Shown: piece by piece, positions 12,455 through 21,979 of the stretch | How positions within the stretch are numbered: position 1 is the first letter of the stretch | How the letters are laid out: every line of letters starts with the position of its first letter | Source of the DNA: Eledone cirrhosa | Taxonomy: Eukaryota | Direction: 5' to 3' | Assembly: GCA_964016885.1 (NCBI GenBank) | Contig: OZ024746.1 | Location: 32,922,001 to 32,986,000, forward strand | Length of the DNA stretch: 64,000 bases | Notes under the pieces: model-generated | The model's input: only the letters and a program-made list of their open reading frames with translations | Told to the model about the DNA's origin: nothing | Databases searched by the model: none | Program-made: the position numbers and the translations under genes

Positions 12455-13249
12455 GTTATCTCTTTCTCTTAATTTCGAGTATATTTTTTTGACCGGCCAC
12501 CTTCCTGGTGGCAAGGTTGTAAAAGAAAAGAAATTGTCATCCCTTGAATCGCAAGAATATTTTGCAAATTTTGAAGGTGCCAGCTATCGCAGCCATTTGT
12601 AGACCATGAATTAGGGAGCTGCGCTCTTTGTCCGCAAATCCAAGTTCAGTCATACTTTGGTCCAAGCGGGTTGGTATATAACCCGTAGCTCCAATAATGA
12701 TGGGTATGAAGCTAAAGGTGTATCTTGGATACTGGATTTGTAAACTCCTCATCAATGGTCCGTAGATGTCATCCTTCTCCTGTATTTTTCTGACAACGTT
12801 TACTCAAGTGGGCAGCTGATCTCCACAACAGAACACGTTTTCAATGTGTGGTCCCAAACTACAATATCAGGCCGGTTGTGCTTTAATTTGGTGGCAGTTT
12901 TTATTTTCAGGTTCCACCAGTATTCCTTAGTGCCATCTGTCTCAATATATTCTTCCTCGTTTGTTGTTAATTTTGTTTTCCGAAGTGCGTTCCAGATGGT
13001 TCTAGCTATCCCATCGTGTCTCATGGGGAGGTAGTAGCGAGATGACATTCTTTCGCAGCTGGCAACAATGTGGCTTACATTCTCGATCTTAGATTTACAT
13101 AGCCTACATTTATTGTCAGCTGATGGCCCTCCCCTTTTGTGCAGCAGATATTTGGTAGGGAGTTCTTGTTCCTGTATTGCATAGAGATATCCCCCAAGGT
13201 GTGATGTCATAAACTTGTTGGAACTCCATGCTAGGCTTTTTGAGTGGTT
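12455..13249 (-). mobile_element. 5'-truncated R4/Dong-type LINE (CCHC + restriction-like endonuclease), (CATA)n-flanked lineage
   Basis: CRLCKSKIENVSHIVASC, MRHD, NRPDIVVWD...VEISCP, IPIIIGATG. (TATG)n on both plus-strand flanks (12434-12455, 13250-13402). Confidence 0.9.
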
Positions 13250-13402
13250 TATGTATGTATGTGCGTATGTACGTATGTATGTGTGTATGTATGTACGTAT
13301 GTATGTACGTATGTGTGTATGTATGTACGTATGTATGTATGTTTGTATGTATGTACGTGTGCATGTATGTATGTATGTATGTATGTATGTATGTATGTAT
13401 GT

Positions 13403-14010
13403 CAGGTCACCAGTTGGTGCTACTGGTAACATGTATCCCAGTACAACCTGTCCCATAGTCGGGTCGTTGGCGACTAAACTGGCAACCTCCACCAAAGTTT
13501 CTTGGTGAGGAGGGTGACTTTGGACATCCTGCAAGACTAAAAACAAAACCTGTCAAAGGGCAAAGGAGCTCTTAAGAGTCAATGGCCATCCAAAATCACT
13601 GAGAGAGATGACCCCTTAGCCTTTGTCAAGGCAGAATTCCAGGAGAAGGAAAACTCTGATATAACACCTGCAACCCTGATGGTATCCAATGATGTTGACT
13701 TGTTCTTCTTTTTGGTAAATATCATCTTGGTTAAGAGAGTGGGACTGGCTTTGTGCAGTGCCTTTGCTCACTATAAAAGCTTCACGGCACAGGCATTGCT
13801 TTATATCTGGAGATCTCTCTGCACTTGTCATCACATGGTACCATGGGCCCAGCACTATCAGTCAATAATTGTCGCAAGTGTAGTGTTTGTACCAGAGTTT
13901 TCAAGTCGCTGGCTGAACTAAAAAGTCACACTCGTTCAGCCCATCGGTAGGAGTTCTCCTACATGGATATAAAGTAGTGGCCGTACTCGAAAACGAGTTG
14001 GCAGCCACGA
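13403..14010 (+). mobile_element. Bipartite non-autonomous RTE-type derivative (5' UTR-like segment fused to C-terminus and 3' UTR), (TATG)n tail
   Basis: C2H2 finger CSVCTRVFKSLAELKSHTRSAHR* at 13879-13950. 3' end GTGGCCGTACTCGAAAACGAGTTGGCAGCCACGA then (TATG)n. Structured non-coding 5' part; no APE or RT between. Confidence 0.6.
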
Positions 14011-14144
14011 TGTATGTATGTATGTATGTATGTATGTATGTATGTATGTATGTATGTATGTATGTATGTATGTATGTATGTATGTATGTATGTATATACG
14101 TATATATGTATGTATAATGAAGCTACATATTCTACTCTTGTGTG

Positions 14145-14457
14145 GACGTTTTGCGACAATCTTTTCAGTTTATAATTCAACTCTCCAGATTAATGAAGAA
14201 ACTGTCATGACTTTCTGTGAAAGCCACATGGAATAATGAGAAGCTAACACTTGTTGGTGACGTCAATGAACGTGTTGGCAGGGAGCGAGAAACTTAGAAT
14301 GTTCTTGGCCGGCATGGCAATGGTAAAGTGAATGAAAATGGTCTGGAGCTACTTGAACTTCGCTCTGACCATTTCCAGCACTTTCTTCAGACACAAAATT
14401 AAACACAAAATCATATGAACTCATCTGAGATCAAAGCATGAGCACATGATTGATTTT
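14145..14457 (+). pseudogene. APE endonuclease fragment of an RTE/L2-type LINE
   Basis: TIFSVYNSTL..EETVMTF; KLTLVGDVNERVG...LGRHGNGKVNENGLELL; ...HMIDF, with stops and frameshifts. Confidence 0.75.
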
Positions 14458-14509
<52 letters not shown>

Positions 14510-14522
14510 CCATCATCATCAC

Positions 14523-14567
<45 letters not shown>

Positions 14568-14632
14568 TATCATTATCATCATCACCATCATCACCATCAT
14601 CACCCCCACCATCATCATCATCGTCGTCGCCG

Positions 14633-14663
<31 letters not shown>

Positions 14664-14773
14664 CATCACCATCATCATCACCACCACCATCATCATCATC
14701 ATCATCATTATCATTATCATCATCACCATCATCACCATCATCACCACCACCATCATCATCATCGTCGTCGTCG

Positions 14774-14826
<53 letters not shown>
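14458..14826 (+). repeat. (ATC)n microsatellite with internal higher-order duplication
   Basis: Seen directly. Confidence 0.95.
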
Positions 14827-14828
<2 letters not shown>

Positions 14829-15092
14829 TAAACGTAATCTTTATCCTTGTAACAGTCGGACTAGGATTTGAAAATCATGGGCATAAATCATCATATAGCT
14901 GAGCATTGGGGCTATTGACCCTAGTCTCTGTCGCGAAGCAATGCGGATATAAAGCTATTGAAACGGCAGGAGCTCAACCACCGCGGTCCCGAATTTTTCA
15001 TTATATAACATATAAGAATAATTAGCTAAATTTTTGGTTATTTGCTCACACACTTATTATTTCATATATAAACGTAGTATATATATATATGT

Positions 15093-15393
15093 ATGCCAGG
15101 ACACCCTCGAGCGTCTTGAAACCGAACCAGACTTGCTAGGGACAGTCATCACCGGTGATGAGTCATGGATCTTCGAGTACGACCTGGAGGGGACCCGTTT
15201 TGAAGACGTGGACGACATCAAAAAAGCCGTGACGACGGAACTGCGGAGGATCCCGGAAGAATCCTTCGAGGAGTGCATGCAAGCCTGGCAGAAAAGGATG
15301 GAAAAGTGCATTAGACTCCAGGGAGATTCCTGTGAAATTTGGGTTTGAAATAAATCTTTTGTGAGATCAGTCCTGGAACTTTTCTGACACACG
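15093..15393 (+). mobile_element. Partial mariner (3' part with TIR), internally deleted
   Basis: CQDTLERLETEPDLLGTVITGDESWIFEYD|LEGTRFEDVDDIKK...WQKRMEKCIRLQGD; ends in TIR followed by TA. Confidence 0.9.
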
Positions 15394-15421
15394 TATATAT
15401 ATATATATATATATATATATA

Positions 15422-16303
15422 CGAGGTGGGTCAGAAAAGTTCCAGGACCGATCTCACAAAAGATTTATTTCAAACCCAAATTTCACACTAAGAGTTTTCT
15501 CCTTCAAAGTAATCCCCCTGGAGTCTAATGCACTTTTCCATCCTTTTCTGCCAGGCTTGCATTCACTCCTCGAAGGATTCTTCCGGGATCCTCCGCCGTT
15601 CCGTCGTCACGGCCTTTTTGATGTCGTCCACGTCTTCAAAACGGGTCCCCTCCAGGTCGTACTCGAAGATCTATGACTCATCACCGGTAATGACTGTCCC
15701 TAGCAAGCCTGGTTCGGTTTCAAGCCGCTCGAGGATGTCCTGGCACAGTTGCACGCGTCGACCCTTCTGGTCATCGTTCAGCAGTTTTGGCACCATCTTC
15801 GCGCAGACTTTCCGCATGTCCAAATCTTCAGTGACAATCTTCCAGACGCTGTCCCAATTCATGCCCAGCTCATTTGCCATCAGTCGAACAGTTAACCGAC
15901 GATCGCTACGCACCATCTGCCTGACGCGCTCAACGTTGACCTCAGTCCTGGTTGTTGAGGGCCTTCCGCTCCTGGGGTCATCTTGCACCACTCAAAAACA
16001 CGTGAGAGTGACATCGTCTCATCTCCATACACTTGCTGCAGCAATCCCAGTGCTTCTGAAGGATTTTTCCCCAAACGTGCCAGAAACTTCAAGTTTGTTC
16101 GTTGCTCTGTGCTCATTGCTTGACGATCTGAAACAGAGGAGATGTATATAAAATTATGAAGAAAACAGTTTGATCGCTGCAGAGGGCTAAGATTACAGTT
16201 ACATACTCCAGGGATTACTTTGAAGGAGAAAACTCTTTGTGAAGTTTGGGTTTGAAATAAATCTTTTGTGACATCAGTCCTGGAACTTTTCTGACACATC
16301 TCG
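15422..16303 (-). mobile_element. Non-autonomous mariner (882 bp), ~100-bp TIRs, TA target, catalytic core deleted
   Basis: TIRs 15422-15524 and 16205-16303, TA on both sides. HTH region EQRTNLKF...VFEW, DDPRSGRP, KMVPKLL, ITGDES, then fused directly to LEGTRF...GDYFEG. Confidence 0.93.
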
Positions 16304-16391
16304 TATATATATATACATACATATATGTACATTTATATATGAAATAATAAGTGTGAGCAAATAACCCAAAATTTAGTAGAATGTCAGTAGA

Positions 16392-16430
16392 ATGTCAGTA
16401 GAATGAACACTTCATTATTGTTCATGTGTT

Positions 16431-16488
<58 letters not shown>

Positions 16489-16526
16489 AACACAAGAACA
16501 AGAATGAAGTGTTCATTCTACTGACA
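16392..16526. repeat. Inverted repeat (~43-bp arms) centred on (TA)n
   Basis: ATGTCAGTAGAATGAACACTTCATTATTGTTCATGTGTTGG-(TA)n-CCAACACAAGAACAAGAATGAAGTGTTCATTCTACTGACAT. Confidence 0.88.
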
Positions 16527-16606
16527 TGGCTATACAATTGAGGCTTGGTTGTATAATTGCAAACGAATCGAAAGTTATTATTAATATTCGAAAAACTCGT
16601 CGTCGT

Positions 16607-16665
<59 letters not shown>

Positions 16666-16691
16666 CCATCATCATCCTCGTCGTCTTCATC

Positions 16692-16754
<63 letters not shown>

Positions 16755-17247
16755 TTCATTTAGTATTTAGTATATCTCGTTAGATATATGAAATGCTCAT
16801 TCATACTCACACACACACATTTATATGTATATATATATATATATATATCTTTGTGTGTGTCTGTGTGTGTGTGTGTTTGGACACACACGCACATACACTC
16901 ACCCGCATATATACTTTCTGTATGTGTATATATATTACTATAATATTTACTACATCAATAATTACTGGACAAAAGCTGTACCATTATCTGATATCAAAGA
17001 GTTTATCATATTTGCAGCAGATTACGCTAAAAAAAGGCACAATGGTTGCTTATATTCATCCTTATTGTACAACAACAACAGCAGCAACAACAATAACAAC
17101 AACAATAATAATAATGACGATAATAATAATAATAATAATTGAAGAAAAATAATAACAAATATAGCAATTAACGTAGGATAAGAGACGCAACAGCAAGATA
17201 TGTGTACTACATAAATATATGATCACAAATACACGCACACACACACA

Positions 17248-17335
<88 letters not shown>

Positions 17336-17434
17336 GTGTGTATGCAATATATGGACAGGCAGAAGGCAAGGAAATCAACCCTCACATACACCACACACAC
17401 ATGTATATACACATATAACTTTGGCAGGATATAA

Positions 17435-17484
<50 letters not shown>

Positions 17485-17553
17485 AATTATATATACATAT
17501 ATATATATATGTATATATATATATGAGTGTGTGTGTGTATATATATATATATG

Positions 17554-17602
<49 letters not shown>

Positions 17603-17715
17603 CAGTGAGTGTGTTCTGTTATTAAATCTGGCAATATTACACAAATATGACCCTCCCCAAGTATAACAATATATATATATACATATATATATGCATATAT
17701 ATATATGTATGTATG

Positions 17716-17764
<49 letters not shown>

Positions 17765-18108
17765 CATATATACGCACATACATATATCTACACACACATA
17801 CCCCCACACACATATATATATATACATACATAAATATATAATATAAATATATATATATTGAGCAACAAAAGAATATGCACAAACGGGAGAACATAAAAAT
17901 ATTATCTCTACGAGATTATATATAGACAACTTTATTAAAACTGCTCATTAAGTAACCAATCCGCCATTAAACATCTAACATTTGCACTATATACAGACAT
18001 ACTCATACACATGTATGAATACAAACACAAAAATAATTTATAAGTATAGAAGTATCAACAAACGTTTGCTCTTTTTACATATGTATATGCGTAAATTTAT
18101 ACATTTCC

Positions 18109-18145
<37 letters not shown>

Positions 18146-18369
18146 TTCACTTTTATATATATATATTCTTCACTTTTTTATATATATATATATTCGCTGA
18201 TAGACATGCGTAAATATACGCGCACACACACACACACACACATATATATATAAGAACATTTTTTAAAATAAAAACAAACAAAAGAAATAAACGAGATGTC
18301 CTTCACAGGTGAAAGTATAAGGAAAAGAAATTGAAAATGCAACTGGAATCTTTTAAGAATATTTATTGA

Positions 18370-18413
18370 TTTACTTTACCGGTTTCATATTCTTATGATT
18401 TTCAAAAGTAAAA
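18370..18413 (-). ncRNA. Degenerate minimal hammerhead ribozyme (Penelope-type relic)
   Basis: Minus: TTTACTT-TTGAAAA-TCATAAGAATAT-GAAA-CCGG-TA-AAGTAAA. Stem I 7 bp and palindromic stem III ACCGGT present, but core reads TTGAAAA instead of CTGANGA. Confidence 0.4.
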
Positions 18414-18964
18414 TTGAGATGGAGGGTTTGTCTTTTCCATCTCAATTTTACTGCCCGTGGCAGCCAAAGAGGCAACATCCCGCTCCTTAGCACCTCAGAG
18501 TAATGGCGATTTAATTTGAATCCCCTTCTAAGTGACCAGCGCCTCGCAACAGTACGAGTCAAGCAAGTGCCGCCCGAAGTAACGATCTCTTGGCTTATAG
18601 CAACCCTCCTAGCATATGGGGAAGAAGATATAACAATTTTATTGTTATTCAAAGAGCCGGAATAACAATAATGTAGAAAATATTTTTGTACATCTTCACA
18701 GATGGCCACATATTACTAATTGCGTTCTCATGGGATATAAAATAATATATCATAACCTGAACAGCGTTATGAAATATATAAAATATCACATTAATTGCAT
18801 AAATATGACACATTTTTCAGGCTAATAGATATGAAGGCTTTCAACATTTAAAAGCAATAGCACGAAGGATGTCAATATAATAAACATATCATACTATTTG
18901 CTCCACCAACCACATTACTACAATTGAAACACGCTTAAATGCAGTCTGATGTTGAAATAATACT

Positions 18965-19077
18965 TGTTTCTACTTTAGGCACAAGGCCAGCAATTACCCA
19001 GTGCATTACTGGTACTTTATTTTATCGACCCCGTAAAGATGAAAGGCAAAGTCAACCTTGGCGGGATTTGAACTCAA
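18965..19077 (-). mobile_element. tRNA-derived SINE family 1, head-truncated
   Basis: Near-identical to the body and tail of 20464-20640. Confidence 0.88.
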
Positions 19078-19341
19078 ATAATACTGTTAGCAAAAATAAT
19101 CATAATATCATAACTAAATTACATTTGCATACTAAACTATCCACATCAACACACACATATAACTCACCGAGCGATTTCAATGACTGCTCCCTAGACACCA
19201 CCCTTTATTAATTACCCTCCATCATAAAAACAAAGGAGACAATTAAATAACATACTCAAACGAAGCTACACTAGAAATGCCAACTTATAATAAAATATAC
19301 CCACACGCAGACCCACACATACAAACACGCACACGCATCCC

Positions 19342-19430
<89 letters not shown>

Positions 19431-19439
19431 CATACATAT

Positions 19440-19472
<33 letters not shown>

Positions 19473-20189
19473 CACAAACACACAACCATTGAGGTCATAA
19501 ACTCTCCCACAAGGTTACATACCAAACTTCACAAATTAACTTTGTTAGAATAATAATTAACTTACACCTGATTGTACTCAACACCTGGTGGCTTTCAGAT
19601 AGTACAAATAATAAAGCGGTCATCAAGTTGTATAATATTTAAACTCCTTTTACATCATTTAATATCCACACCAAGCTACACATACCACACCAAGCCAATA
19701 ACAATTCTTCGCTAGACGTCATATTCTGCTCCACACACATCTGGCAAACAATACCCAAACGTTTTACCGAACTTCTCCCCATTTATCATCATATCACACT
19801 CAATGAAGTATTGGAAAAACACGTTTACAAACTAAAAACAAATCCTAATAAAGGCATCAAGCTATTCAGAATTCAATAACATTACAATCACGAACAGAGA
19901 CACTACAGTACATTTATTCAATTTGATATTTGTAAAATTAACAAAGACATACTCCATAATACAACATAAAAATACATCCATATATGTATATTAGAAATAG
20001 TGATAGGCGAATTAATAATAAACAAAAGAGACAAACAAGAACAAAATACGCCAAAACAGCGTAAAGAAAATTCAGTACCAAACAACTAAACCAGTACATA
20101 TTAATAGATAAAACAAATAAATAAAAGAGAAAACTAGCATCCTTGTGTATCCAACATGGGGTTAGAATGACTTAGGACAGATTTTACGG

Positions 20190-20408
20190 GCAAAACTGTC
20201 CCTGGACAGATTTTACGGACAAGAACCAACCGGCAGAAGACAAAGGAGTAAACCCAGAGGAAGATGTTTGGATAACATTCATAAGCTTGGCTGGTCTCAC
20301 TTAGGGAACCAGTCGACGCAATTTTAGACTCTTGCTTCTGACAGGACCTTCTGGAAAGAGTGTTTGAGCACTTTGCTCCCACGACTCTCCCAGGAAGAAA
20401 TGGGTGTA

Positions 20409-20410
<2 letters not shown>
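20190..20410 (+). mobile_element. 3' end of an RTE-type LINE with (AAT)n tail
   Basis: Reads PTGRRQRSKPRGRCLDNIHKLGWSHLG...ASDRTFWKECL (cf. RTE GxRxRGRPxxRWxD...AxDRxxW); (AAT)n at 20410-20466. Confidence 0.65.
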
Positions 20411-20463
<53 letters not shown>

Positions 20464-20466
<3 letters not shown>

Positions 20467-20640
20467 TGTTTCTACTTTAGGCACAAGGCCAGCAATTACC
20501 CAGTGCATTACTGGTACTTTATTTTATCGACCCCGTAAGGATGAAAGGCAAAGTCAACCTCGGCGGGATTTGAAATCAGATCGTAAAGAGACGTAACTAT
20601 GCTGGAAAGCATGGCGTCCGACCCTTTACCGATACTGCCA
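20464..20640 (-). mobile_element. tRNA-derived SINE family 1, near full length, AAT on both flanks
   Basis: Minus: TGGCAGTATCGG (A-box-like), ATTTCAAATCC (B-box variant; GTTCAAATCC in other copies), body CTTTGCCTTTCATCCTTACGGGGTCGATAAAATAAAGTACCAG, tail CCTTGTGCCTAAAGTAGAAACAATTATT. Confidence 0.92.
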
Positions 20641-20889
20641 AATAATAATAATGAAGAAGACGCACATGGTGGAAAGAAGGTCATGAAATCGCTCCCGTAA
20701 GTTTTTGATTTTTAACATATTTCAATCAATTGTGAAATAACAATTCTTAGTACAAATGATGCATAAACACCAGACTCAAGTCTCATGAAAATTCGGATCC
20801 ATAATATATTGTTATATCGCTCAAATATTCAATTTTGTAATATACATTTTACATTCAAAAAGGAAAATGGTTATAAATGGAAGAAAACC

Positions 20890-21710
20890 CCCTCTGTCTA
20901 CACTATATAGAACAGCCAAATAACAGCAATTTCACCAACACCACAAACTAGATACACCACCTACCCCATCACTCCTCTGTGTACACTAAATACAACAGCC
21001 AGATAACGGCAATTTCACCACCACCACCGCCAATCCCAGCATAATAATTATAATTACTATTATTATTGTCTCAAGTTTTCACAAAATGCTTAATTCCAAT
21101 ATTAAGAAAATATGTCAACACATATACGCGACTAACCACAGATTCACCGATCAAACAAAAATACAGTCTATTCAACAAAACTCAGTAACGACAACGCCAT
21201 CACTACAGTCACCGCCGCCACCACCCATCCATAATTGCTACCACTATCCCATCGCCGCCGCCGCCACTCCTTCATTGCTGCCACCGCTATTCCCCCATTA
21301 CCTTCTGTTAACTTACGAAAGGGGAAGGTGGCGGTATCACTAGACAATGTTAATAAACAATATTAATATTTAATTTAGGATCAGGAATGTTAGAGTCGAA
21401 AAGGAGAAAAATAGCATAATGACTAAATAGCTAAATAGCTAAACATAATTTCACCACCAACACCGCCGCCACTACCACGCTAAAAACTCTGGTCAAGTTG
21501 CCTCGGCCGCTATTTTTACTCCAACTTCAACACCATCGCTACAGTACTACGATCACATCACCACCGCCATTGCCTCATTATCGCTGCCGCCGCTATTCTC
21601 TCCCACTGCCTCCTGCTAGGTACTACTAGCACAACACCGCCACCACCACCACCACCGCCACTGCCTCATTATCACTGCCGCTGCTATTCTCTCCCACTAG
21701 CCCCTGCTAC
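20890..21710 (+). repeat. Low-complexity region with imperfect local duplications
   Basis: CCTCTGT.TACACTA.ATA.AACAGCCA.ATAAC.GCAATTTCACCA twice (~84 bp apart); GCCTCATTATC.CTGCCGC.GCTATTCTCTCCCACT twice, plus a diverged copy. Confidence 0.7.
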
Positions 21711-21979
21711 ATCGTAGTGTCCCCACTAAAAGAGGAAGGCATCAAAATATATAAATAGACTGAATTGATGACCCGGTCAAAATCAAAATCAAAGCAGCAC
21801 GGCAACAACGAAAAACGTAAAGAAAAGAAAAATGAAGAGAAAAACAAACAGACGGGCAGAGAAGGGAAGGGAAAAACTAAGTCAGACATTCAAACATTAC
21901 ATTACAATGAAACTTATGCTTATTCATTTTGGGTTTTTTTTTGCCTGTTTGTTTGTTTGTTTATTTATGTTCGTCTACA

